This document shows, piece by piece, positions 1 through 9,778 of a stretch of DNA of 24,000 nucleotides. A model generated the notes under the pieces. It saw nothing but the letters and a program-made list of their open reading frames with translations. It was not told where the DNA came from and made no database searches. Source of the DNA: Pullulanibacillus camelliae (GTDB taxonomy: Bacteria > Bacillota > Bacilli > Bacillales > Sporolactobacillaceae). Position 1 is the stretch's first letter; the number at the start of each line of letters is the position of its first letter. Where the stretch lies: assembly GCF_014642655.1 (NCBI RefSeq), contig NZ_BMIR01000001.1, positions 87,518 to 111,517 on the forward strand, written 5' to 3'. The position numbers and the translations under genes are program-made.

Positions 1-223
1 ACTTGAGGAAAATAGCATCCGTAAATAAGTCCACATAGTTTTTAAACCCTACGAAATTAATGGTTGACCAATCAGCTAACCCTTTTAAATCCATATCTGT
101 AAAGCTAATCACTAGTGCAATGCAAATTGGCAAAATAGCAAATACAATTAGTAAAAGAACTGCTGGAGTAATGAACGTATAAGGATGCCTATTTTTATAC
201 AGGTCTTTGAAAAACTCAGCCAT
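1..223 (-). CDS. Carbohydrate ABC transporter permease, MalF-like, N-terminal fragment (continues beyond left edge)
   Basis: Translated from the reverse strand: MAEFFKDLYKNRHPYTFITPAVLLLIVFAILPICIALVISFTDMDLKGLADWSTINFVGFKNYVDLFTDAIF; typical CUT1 permease N-terminus, next to a sugar SBP. Confidence 0.85.
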   Translation of the reverse strand, partial: MAEFFKDLYKNRHPYTFITPAVLLLIVFAILPICIALVISFTDMDLKGLADWSTINFVGFKNYVDLFTDAIFLK

Positions 224-348
224 TGTTATCCCACCCATCTCAATTCTAATATTCCCGATTAAGATATATTTAGAAAAAAGAATAAATGGTGCTGGCTCAG
301 GGTTTCTGGACCAGGCACCACTTATCTAAAGCCTCTTAATAATGGAAA

Positions 349-1581
349 CTATTTATTCATTTCTTCTTTGGCTTGTGCCCTAAAATCATCCAAGGCTTTA
401 TCCATATTTTCGTTTCCTTTGATCGCCTTTTCCAAATTATCATGCATATCTTTTGAAATTGCTTCCCATTGTGTGACTTGTGGCTGAGCCTTGGTATCTT
501 GTAACTGTTCATTAAACACAGATACAATTGGATCATTCTTTAAGCTATCCTCATCATAGGCTGCGGTTCTTGCTGGTAAATCATTAGAGATTTCTCTCCA
601 CTTCAGCTGAGTTTTCACCTTATTCATATACTCGATAAACTTCAGAGATTGATCCACCTTTTTCGTATTGTGGAAGACGACGAAGTTAGATCCGCCCATG
701 ACAGACGTATTCGTGACCTTTTTAGGCAATACGGCAATGCCCCAATCTTTTCCGTAAGTTAAGCCTTGATCTTTAACAGTTTGCACCATCCATGGGCCAC
801 TGATAAACATCGGTTTGATGCCTTTTTTGAAGGCTTGTCCAATATCCAACCCTGTTGTGCTTTGACTAATGCCCTGCTTAAAGAAGTTGGCAAAGTATTT
901 AATCCCATCGTTAAATTCCTTGGTATTAAAGTTCAATTTCCCATCCTTTGTCACAAAGTCACTCCCGTTTTGCCAAGCAAACATAAATGGGGTAATTTGA
1001 TCGTTAAGGTCTAAGTCTAAGCCATAATCCTTATCATTTCTGGCAGCTAGCTTCTTACCAGCATCGACTAACTCATCCCATGTTTTTGGCGGTTCATTAT
1101 AACCAACATTTTGGAGTAAATCCTTGCGATAATAGAGGACCCTTGCTTCTACGTACCATGGAATTCCATAGACCTTGCCATCATACTTCATTGATTCTAC
1201 TGCACCAGGGAAAAAGTTATCTTCATTAAAATCAGGATGGTCTTTCATATACTTTGATAAATCTAACAATGCACCAGCGTCAGCAAATTCTGGCATCCAT
1301 GATGTTCCCATTTGGATGACATCTGGGCCCTTTCCTGAGGCAACGGCTGTTAGCAGTTTATCATGCGCGCTGTCCCAAGGTAAGGATTGGATCTTAACCT
1401 TTATCCCTTCCTCTTTTTCAAAACCAGGCACTAATTTCTTTAAGAGTTTGCCTTCATCACCCATTGCCCATACGGTAATGGTTTTACTATCTCCAGAGCT
1501 GCTATCTGATTTGCCACATGCACTTAAGACAAAGCTAGCAATCAATACGACGGAAAGCAATGACCAAAGCCATTTCTTCAT
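349..1581 (-). CDS. Extracellular solute-binding protein (family 1, CUT1 sugar ABC transporter lipoprotein)
   Basis: Signal peptide and lipobox (MKKWLWSLLSVVLIASFVLSACG), TITVWAMGDEGKLLKKLVPGFEKEEGIKVKIQSLPW, GKGPDVIQMG. ORF track starts at 1590; the ATG at 1581 has better spacing from AAGGGG. Confidence 0.93.
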   Translation of the reverse strand: MKKWLWSLLSVVLIASFVLSACGKSDSSSGDSKTITVWAMGDEGKLLKKLVPGFEKEEGIKVKIQSLPWDSAHDKLLTAVASGKGPDVIQMGTSWMPEFADAGALLDLSKYMKDHPDFNEDNFFPGAVESMKYDGKVYGIPWYVEARVLYYRKDLLQNVGYNEPPKTWDELVDAGKKLAARNDKDYGLDLDLNDQITPFMFAWQNGSDFVTKDGKLNFNTKEFNDGIKYFANFFKQGISQSTTGLDIGQAFKKGIKPMFISGPWMVQTVKDQGLTYGKDWGIAVLPKKVTNTSVMGGSNFVVFHNTKKVDQSLKFIEYMNKVKTQLKWREISNDLPARTAAYDEDSLKNDPIVSVFNEQLQDTKAQPQVTQWEAISKDMHDNLEKAIKGNENMDKALDDFRAQAKEEMNK

Positions 1582-1586
1582 TCTAT

Positions 1587-2594
1587 TCATCCCCTTAATT
1601 TAGTCATTATATCTATCACTGTTTCACGCATAATAAGCTCGGTATGAAGCGTAAACGATTTTTCCGTCTCTTCCCCATCCAATAATTGAAAAATGACATG
1701 TGAGGCAAGCGCCCCCATTTCATATTTAGGATGCTGTACCGTCGTGAGCTTAGGTGCCGTGTATTTCGATTCCAAAATATTATCAAACCCTATTATTGAA
1801 ATATCCTCAGGAACGCGGATGCCTACTTTTTGAAAGTATTCCATAGCACCAAGGGCCATTTCATCATTAGCAACAAAGATTGCCGTTGGCCGCTCATCTT
1901 GAGCCGCTATGATTTTCGCCGCCAGCTCCCCACCTTCTCTTGTAAAGTTTCCCGTGACCTTCCATCTGCTTTGAAAATCAATGTGATGCTCCTGTAAGGC
2001 TTCTAAATAACCTTCAAAGCGCATTTGCCCATCATGTGAATCAGCTGGTCCTCCAATAAAGGCAATATTGTTATGCCCCTTTTGGATTAAGAACGTTGTC
2101 GCTTTGTAACCGCCGTTTTTATTATCAACGATGATGGGGACTGTATGGGCCCTCTCAAGTTGTCGATCGAGTAAAACAATCGGAAAAGCAGGACTCGCAG
2201 ACTTTTCAATCATTTCATTCGTAATATTATGCGCTAAGATGATGCACCCATCGACGCGCCTTTCTGTTAAAAACTTTGCAGCTGTTGAATTTTGCCCTCC
2301 TAAAGAATTACAGGCAATCAAGTCGTAACCATGGTCAACTGCAATATCTTGAACACCTCGTATTAACTCCGAATAGAAGGGACCAGATAAGTCACTTAGA
2401 ATTAACGCAATGGTTTGTGTCTTTGACTTTTTTAAATCTGCGGCAAACCCATTTTTACGGTAGTTTAGCTCCTCCGCTGCTTGTAATACCTTTCTCCGTG
2501 TTTCTTCGCTGACCTTCTTAACACCATTTAATGCATATGAAGCCGTGGAAACAGCAACATTGGCCCTTTTTGCTACATCCTTTATAGTTACCAC
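1587..2594 (-). CDS. LacI family transcriptional regulator
   Basis: N-terminal HTH MVTIKDVAKRANVAVSTASYALNGVKKVSEETRRKVLQAAEELNYRKN and periplasmic-binding-like effector domain. Stop overlaps the first possible SBP start (ATGA). Confidence 0.95.
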   Translation of the reverse strand: MVTIKDVAKRANVAVSTASYALNGVKKVSEETRRKVLQAAEELNYRKNGFAADLKKSKTQTIALILSDLSGPFYSELIRGVQDIAVDHGYDLIACNSLGGQNSTAAKFLTERRVDGCIILAHNITNEMIEKSASPAFPIVLLDRQLERAHTVPIIVDNKNGGYKATTFLIQKGHNNIAFIGGPADSHDGQMRFEGYLEALQEHHIDFQSRWKVTGNFTREGGELAAKIIAAQDERPTAIFVANDEMALGAMEYFQKVGIRVPEDISIIGFDNILESKYTAPKLTTVQHPKYEMGALASHVIFQLLDGEETEKSFTLHTELIMRETVIDIMTKLRG

Positions 2595-2644
2595 GATATC
2601 AACACCCTCATCTGAAAATCCCTTTTCTATTCATTGTGCTATTT

Positions 2645-2654
2645 GAAACGTTTC
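2645..2654. promoter_or_regulatory. Putative LacI-family operator core GAAACGTTTC, proximal to the regulator gene
   Basis: Perfect palindrome TTTGAAACGTTTCGAA about 50 bp upstream of the LacI start. Confidence 0.55.
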
Positions 2655-2906
2655 GAATAAAAGCGTAAAATTTTTGTTGAGCCGCTTTCGGTATTAACAG
2701 TGCCTTTCAAAGCGCACACCCGTTTATCCACCGGAGAAGATTCCCGATAATCTTCACCTATTCATCCTCTAATTGTTTCTCTATAATAGCGTATCCGTTC
2801 CAATAGCGTAAAAAATAGAAAACAGAGCCGTTCATGCTACTGCCAATCTTTAATTTTCTATTTTCTCACCTCTTATCTCGAACTATTATCATCGGCATAA
2901 TAAAGT

Positions 2907-2916
2907 GAAACGTTTC
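2907..2916. promoter_or_regulatory. Second putative LacI-family operator core GAAACGTTTC
   Basis: Identical palindrome core in TGAAACGTTTCGA, 262 bp from the first copy. Confidence 0.5.
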
Positions 2917-3384
2917 GATGTCTCAAATTTTAACCGTTTTCATTTTAAGTGTCAACCCTAAAATTAAAATTCTAACAAGCTCACACATTTAGCAGTGGCC
3001 CTAGCGTGTATAGAACGAATGATGTTCATTAGAAAAGCTTTGCTTGTCCCTCTTCGCTTTCGCTTGTCATTCCTGATGGTACGCACTAAGACTAAAAATC
3101 AGATCTTGATGGTGGATACCATAGCTCGTGCTTATACTTTTTTCTTAAACTATGAACGAATTTCATAAATCTTAGCCTTTACAAGATACTCAGGCCACCC
3201 TTTTATTACAAGGAGATATGCGAGACTCCAGCGGAAAGCAAGCATATGTCATTGACCAAAGCTAGGTACTAAATTTTACAAGAAAAACTGAAATTCTATT
3301 TCTGTCAAAAACAATTATGAAATCGATTCACTATACTCTCAAAACAAAAAAAGCCTCCACTGGCATGCGAAAGCTTTGAGTCCG

Positions 3385-3969
3385 CTATTTATTATTCAAA
3401 TCAATAATGCTCGTAGATACCCATTGACCTATCATTGCAAAAAGTACGATTCGCCAATTAATAAGAAACCCTGCCAAAATAAAGACAGCTATATTTAACC
3501 AAAACATCGTACGCCCTGGTGGAAGCTTGCGGGCATTTGCAATCATCAACGCTGGAATAAGTAAACCACCGCTTGACGCGCCATGCTTCACAAGCAACCC
3601 CACCCCCAAGCCAAAAAGAATCGCGCCAAAAAACAGATCGATATACACATCATGCTGCTGAATCGTCATAGTATGATAAATCGTTTGTATCGTATAAGAA
3701 GTGACTGTGACGGAAAACATTGTGCGAAACGTCCAAGCAGCACCAAAGTGATAAAAGGCTAAAACTAAAAAAGAAAAATTGATCAGCCATAGCGCCCAGC
3801 CATGTGGAAGATGGAATATGTGATTCAAAATAATCACTAATCCCGCCGCTCCCCCTGAAGGAATGTGATGAGGAAACAGAAAAAGTGCCATTGCTACACC
3901 TTGAAGCATGGCACCACTTAATAAAATCCCATATCTGGCTACACCGATGAAGGCTGTCGATTGTCGCAT
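3385..3969 (-). CDS. YitT-family (DUF161-type) membrane protein, short form
   Basis: Multi-TM protein with motifs such as HHIPSGGAAGLVIILNH, FGAILFGLGVGLLVKHGASSGGLLIPALM; no C-terminal DUF2179-like part. Confidence 0.8.
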   Translation of the reverse strand: MRQSTAFIGVARYGILLSGAMLQGVAMALFLFPHHIPSGGAAGLVIILNHIFHLPHGWALWLINFSFLVLAFYHFGAAWTFRTMFSVTVTSYTIQTIYHTMTIQQHDVYIDLFFGAILFGLGVGLLVKHGASSGGLLIPALMIANARKLPPGRTMFWLNIAVFILAGFLINWRIVLFAMIGQWVSTSIIDLNNK

Positions 3970-4083
3970 TATTCATTATCTCCTTAACAGCAGATGTCCA
4001 AAGCTTCTCCTGCCATCTTATTGTTTTGGAGCAAAGAATATGCTTCACTGTCCATATTTTTCAAATACACTATGTCGCCCATT

Positions 4084-5067
4084 TTAATTATAGGAAACAG
4101 CCTGACGATGCTGTTGAACCCAGCTTTCTTCGAAATTCTTTTTGGATACTTTACGATCCTTGATACCTGCTAAAGGATCATTAAAATAGACATAATCTTG
4201 ATCGTAGCCTGTTAATAACACCGAGTGCTCTTGCATCGTTACCTTCATCGTGCCATGCTTGGTTTTCCAATCCTGCCAATAACTATCGGGTAATTTACGA
4301 AATTGCACATTAGAAATCACCCACACAGGCTTCCCTTTATTCAACTGCTTCTCAATTGTCGCCCAATTACTCCCTGTTAAATCGACGACCCTCTTTCCGA
4401 GATAGTGTTTCGCTAGTTTTGCTACAGGTCCATGATACACAGCGTATCCCGGAGCCCCATGATACATATTTCCAACAAATCCATCATTAGGGTCACCGTA
4501 AATTCCATTCTGCTCAAACGGAACCTTTGTCATTTTATCAGCCAATGTCATTTTATCAACATCGATGCCCGCACTCTGAAGGAGCATATCAAGACTCGTC
4601 ACTTCACATCCATTGGGAAGCTCTGGGAGCTGTTTGACGAGAGGGGCATCAATATGCTTCGATGTCAGAGGGGCAACATCATCAGAAAGAACCCAACCTT
4701 TTTTATCCCCGTGATAAGAAACGTGATACCACTTTTCGCCATCAATACTCGTCTCTTCAAAGGCCGTTACATTTTCATCCTTTTTCAAATCATCAATTTT
4801 ATCCTGATCTGTGTCAGGAACCTCCCTGATACCTGTAGTAGAGGCCGTCACCTCAAGCTGTTTTTGTATTTCTGTCGTTTTAAAATCCGTTGTCTCAATT
4901 TTGCTCTGCACTTTTTCAGGCACTTGCTTCTCAGCACTAGCAGCAGTCGCTTCACTCTTTTGTTCTACTTTCTGAGTGGACTGGGATGTTGAAGTCTCTT
5001 CATTTTGACATGCTGTCATGACACTTGCAGTAATGAGCACTAAAAAAAATGAATACCATTTATTCAT
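4084..5067 (-). CDS. SH3-domain and C39-like peptidase lipoprotein
   Basis: Lipobox-like MTACQN after signal peptide; SH3-like REVPDTDQDKI...EKWYHVSYHGDKKGWVLSDDV; C39_2-like QLPELPNGCEVTSLDMLLQSAG...KPVWVISN...EHSVLLTGYDQDYVYFNDPL. Confidence 0.85.
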   Translation of the reverse strand: MNKWYSFFLVLITASVMTACQNEETSTSQSTQKVEQKSEATAASAEKQVPEKVQSKIETTDFKTTEIQKQLEVTASTTGIREVPDTDQDKIDDLKKDENVTAFEETSIDGEKWYHVSYHGDKKGWVLSDDVAPLTSKHIDAPLVKQLPELPNGCEVTSLDMLLQSAGIDVDKMTLADKMTKVPFEQNGIYGDPNDGFVGNMYHGAPGYAVYHGPVAKLAKHYLGKRVVDLTGSNWATIEKQLNKGKPVWVISNVQFRKLPDSYWQDWKTKHGTMKVTMQEHSVLLTGYDQDYVYFNDPLAGIKDRKVSKKNFEESWVQQHRQAVSYN

Positions 5068-5412
5068 GTCATTCTCCTCTACGCTGGTAAAATTTAGTTT
5101 AAAACCATAATATTCACATATTTTACTATAGAGATGCTTCTCGCTTATACACGTATGACTAATTTTCTATAAGTCTTTCAAAATTTAAAACTGTTATTTT
5201 TTATATTGTATCGAAAAAGCCGCAAATAATCGACCTTAAGCTTCCTAACTAAATACGCGCTATATTTTAGATAACTTTTCTTAAATTTATATTAATAGTC
5301 TCTTCCCTCTTATGCTCCATCATCATTAATATGTTTATCCACTTATTCATTCGGCTAAAATGAAAAGAATATGACTAACACTATGATTTTCTCATTCAAG
5401 GCTTTAAAGACA

Positions 5413-5438
5413 TCAACTCCATGTTATAATGGAGTTGA
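5413..5438. promoter_or_regulatory. Perfect 10-bp inverted repeat TCAACTCCAT-gttata-ATGGAGTTGA overlapping a TATAAT box (5425-5430)
   Basis: Direct sequence; upstream of the ABC-F ORF. Candidate operator over a -10 element. Confidence 0.6.
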
Positions 5439-5460
5439 CTGTCTAAGTAATGGTGTGTGA

Positions 5461-7083
<1,623 letters not shown>

Positions 7084-7097
7084 AAATCTCGATAAAG

Positions 7098-7124
7098 GCC
7101 GGGCAAATGCCCGGCTCTTTTTGA
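7098..7124 (+). terminator. Rho-independent terminator of the ABC-F gene
   Basis: GCCGGGC-AAAT-GCCCGGC followed by TCTTTTTG, just after the stop codon. Confidence 0.85.
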
Positions 7125-7210
7125 AAGAAAAGAAATTATAAAATTTCTGGTCATGAGGACGGTGCCGATTTCCACTCCATTAACACTCAAAATTTTATCC
7201 CTGCTTAATG

Positions 7211-7244
7211 ATAAAAAAAACTGCCGAGAAGCCTCTCGACAGCT
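7211..7244 (-). terminator. Rho-independent terminator of the symporter gene
   Basis: Reverse strand CTGTCGAGAGGCTTCTCGGCAGTTTTTTTAT just after the stop at 7255. Confidence 0.85.
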
Positions 7245-7254
7245 TTATTAATGT

Positions 7255-8724
7255 CTAATCTTTAGCATCCGTCACCCTGATGCGCATAAATTCCTGTGTT
7301 TTGGAGGATGATGGTGCTCTTGTAAAGAAGCTTACAATGATAAATACAAGAGCCGATACAATCAATCCCCATACCCCTGACCCAAGCTGCAGTGGTGGTT
7401 TCATGCCTGAAAACTCTACAGTAAGAACGACAATAGCCCCGATGACCACACTGGTTATGACGCCAGCCGCCGTCCCCCTTTTCCAAAAAAATGTTCCAAA
7501 AATCGCCGGAACGACAACAATTAGCCCTGCCGATGAAGCAACAGAAAGAACGGAAATCAAATTCAATTGCAGCTCAGCAAAGATAAAGGCCAAAATCGCA
7601 ATGATCGGCAAAACGACTTTGCCAACTTGAAGCTGTTTCCTATCCGACACATCACTTTTTACATTATTGTAGACATCCCTCGAAAAGAGAGAGGACAAGG
7701 TTAAAAGAATCGCATCAATAGTTGAGACCGCTGCTGCTAAAATACCTATCATAACAATAATGCCCAACGCAGTCGGTACCAAGCTTGATGATAGTAGCTT
7801 GGGTGTAGCTAAATCCGCCGTTGCAAGATGGGGAAAATAAGCAAACGCGGAAAACCCCCACAAAACAGACACTAAGGTATAGATAAAGCCAAAAACAAGA
7901 AAGCCCATCAGCATATTGCGCAAGCCTCTTAATGAGCCTGGCATATAAAGGCGCTGGCTGACTTGTGGATTGGACATACTAAAGAAAAACCATGGCAATG
8001 TCAAGCTTAAAAATGTGGTAAAACTAAAGTAACCATTACCAGGTACCGCTAACGATTCAGGATGCTTCTCTTTTAATGTAGTAAAGAAGTGGCCAAACCC
8101 TCCTAGTCCATGAATCACGATTAAAACAACAATAGTAGAGGTGATAATCATGACTATCGCTTGCAAGGCATCGGTCCAAACGACAGAACGAATCCCCGCG
8201 ATCACTGAGAATAAAAGCGCTAATGCCGTAGCCAACACCACGCCAACAGTAAATGGAATGGCATTATTGGTCATCCCTTGAAGTAAGTATCCCACCCCAG
8301 CAAGCTGAACAGCACTATAAGGAATAAGGAAAAGACAATTCGACAAAGCGATAATCATAGCAACGCCTTTACTTTCATAACGATCACCAATCATCTCGGA
8401 TGGTGTGACATAACCATTCTTTTTTCCAATCAACCAAAATTTTGGTCCAAATAGGGCAACAAGTGATACGCCAATAAAATAGACGATCTCAAACCCTAAT
8501 GCCCCGACACCCCCTTGATACGTCAGGCCTGCTAATCCAACCATCATAAAGGCACTATATGTTGTCGCACTATAACTCATGGCAGACATAAATCCATTCA
8601 TTTTTCGCCCACCAAGAAAATAGCCTTCCATATCTGTCAAACTGCCTCGCCTTGAAATCAGCGCCACAAGCAAAGATAAGATGATATAAATAATAACGCC
8701 TAACCACACCCACTGTGTATTCAA
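7255..8724 (-). CDS. Sodium:solute symporter family (SSS) transporter
   Basis: ITPSEMIGDRYESK..., SYSATTYSAFMMVGLAGLTYQGG, many TM segments; PanF/YhjB-like pattern. Confidence 0.9.
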   Translation of the reverse strand: MNTQWVWLGVIIYIILSLLVALISRRGSLTDMEGYFLGGRKMNGFMSAMSYSATTYSAFMMVGLAGLTYQGGVGALGFEIVYFIGVSLVALFGPKFWLIGKKNGYVTPSEMIGDRYESKGVAMIIALSNCLFLIPYSAVQLAGVGYLLQGMTNNAIPFTVGVVLATALALLFSVIAGIRSVVWTDALQAIVMIITSTIVVLIVIHGLGGFGHFFTTLKEKHPESLAVPGNGYFSFTTFLSLTLPWFFFSMSNPQVSQRLYMPGSLRGLRNMLMGFLVFGFIYTLVSVLWGFSAFAYFPHLATADLATPKLLSSSLVPTALGIIVMIGILAAAVSTIDAILLTLSSLFSRDVYNNVKSDVSDRKQLQVGKVVLPIIAILAFIFAELQLNLISVLSVASSAGLIVVVPAIFGTFFWKRGTAAGVITSVVIGAIVVLTVEFSGMKPPLQLGSGVWGLIVSALVFIIVSFFTRAPSSSKTQEFMRIRVTDAKD

Positions 8725-8725
8725 C

Positions 8726-8902
8726 TTACTTCCCCCAATTCCGTGTTACGAAATAATTAAAACCGATAATGACCAGAGCTATAATAGCCCAAAATAAAAA
8801 GCTCCCATACCAAGCATGCACATGCGAAAGCAGTGTATACGGGATGATATACGTTATTAGCACAAAAAAAATAAAGATAATAGCAAGAAACTTTTTTGTC
8901 AT
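8726..8902 (-). CDS. Small (58 aa) membrane protein, likely partner of the SSS transporter
   Basis: MTKKFLAIIFIFFVLITYIIPYTLLSHVHAWYGSFLFWAIIALVIIGFNYFVTRNWGK; internal ATG at 8902 preceded by GGGGAAAGGGAGAAC; directly abuts the transporter gene. Confidence 0.7.
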   Translation of the reverse strand: MTKKFLAIIFIFFVLITYIIPYTLLSHVHAWYGSFLFWAIIALVIIGFNYFVTRNWGK

Positions 8903-9082
8903 AATGTTCTCCCTTTCCCCTCTACGGCATTTTAATATTACATGTGTCATTACACCTATATTTACATAAAACCAGGGAAATGACAATCTATTTACTTATG
9001 AACGAATTTAGTCTCTAATAAATAGCACCCTCCTGATTCCCCACCAAAATAACCACTGATCACTTCTTATAGACCTATTGAA

Positions 9083-9119
9083 AAAATAACTGGCCCACAC
9101 TGTGGGACCAGTTATTTTC
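9083..9119 (-). terminator. Strong hairpin terminator of the DUF2512 gene, overlapping its stop codon
   Basis: Reverse strand AAAATAACTGGTCCCACA-gtg-TGGGCCAGTTATTTTTTC. Confidence 0.8.
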
Positions 9120-9492
9120 CTAGCATAGGGCGACTTTTCATTTCATGACGATCCAATCTTTCCACTAAATATTTATGAAAAAGCCATTCCCCAGCCGCAA
9201 TTATCAGTGCCGAGATCATTGGCTCTCTGACCATAGATACCGCTCTGTCTAAAAAGACATTGCCAAGAATCCAGAGGATAGAAAGTCCTAAAATAAAATC
9301 AATTAAAGTGGCCATCACATTGCCTGCTGTCGATAGAATCCATAAATCTCCGATTAGATAGGCTACCACAGTTAGCACAATGCTCGTCCAAAGGACAGAA
9401 GAAAAGCTCCATTCATAAAATAAACCTGCTACAACATATAACACAGCGAATACCATGATAAATTTAATAAGCAACGGAGCGAAGTGTTTCAG
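9112..9492 (-). CDS. YndM-like DUF2512 membrane protein
   Basis: LKHFAPLLIKFIMVFAVLYVVAGLFYEWSFSSVLWTSIVLTVVAYLIGDLWILSTAGNVMATLIDFILGLSILWILG. ORF track starts at 9624; the best ribosome-binding site lies inside the ORF (see finding). Confidence 0.75.
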   Translation of the reverse strand: MKHFAPLLIKFIMVFAVLYVVAGLFYEWSFSSVLWTSIVLTVVAYLIGDLWILSTAGNVMATLIDFILGLSILWILGNVFLDRAVSMVREPMISALIIAAGEWLFHKYLVERLDRHEMKSRPMLGK

Positions 9493-9778
9493 TTTAATCA
9501 CCCTCCTCTTTTTTCTACATTGCCCAATCACAAAATACTTATGCTTCACAATACGTAAAACATTATAAGAGGAGCTTGGCTCAGACTTGCTGACTTTCAC
9601 TTTCGTTTCTAATCTATCGCACAAGTGAAGAGGAACTTTCTTATATGTTCAACTGCTTGCTTTTTGTTAGATATCCAAAATATTAAAGCTATCAATAAAA
9701 ATCGCGTCGATTGAGCAAGCCCTTCAAAATAGTATATTTGTGATTATATTGAGGATTTGACTTTCTATATCCACACTA

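Noticed and set aside
2595-3384. Long (790 bp) intergenic region considered as a decayed gene or small-RNA locus
   Set aside because: Beyond operators, short repeats and one conserved-looking fragment, no extended ORF or protein-like remnant was recognisable on either strand.
3650-4048. 132-aa minus-strand ORF overlapping the YitT-family gene
   Set aside because: Ser/His/Phe-rich out-of-frame shadow of a well-supported membrane protein gene.
4432-4992. 186-aa plus-strand ORF antisense to the C39-like peptidase gene
   Set aside because: Lies wholly within a strongly supported CDS, no domain-like sequence or ribosome-binding site.
3200-5070. YitT-family gene plus C39-like peptidase considered as a bacteriocin processing/immunity or defence pair
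   Set aside because: About 115 bp separates them, there is no precursor peptide or exporter, and the families have no established joint role.
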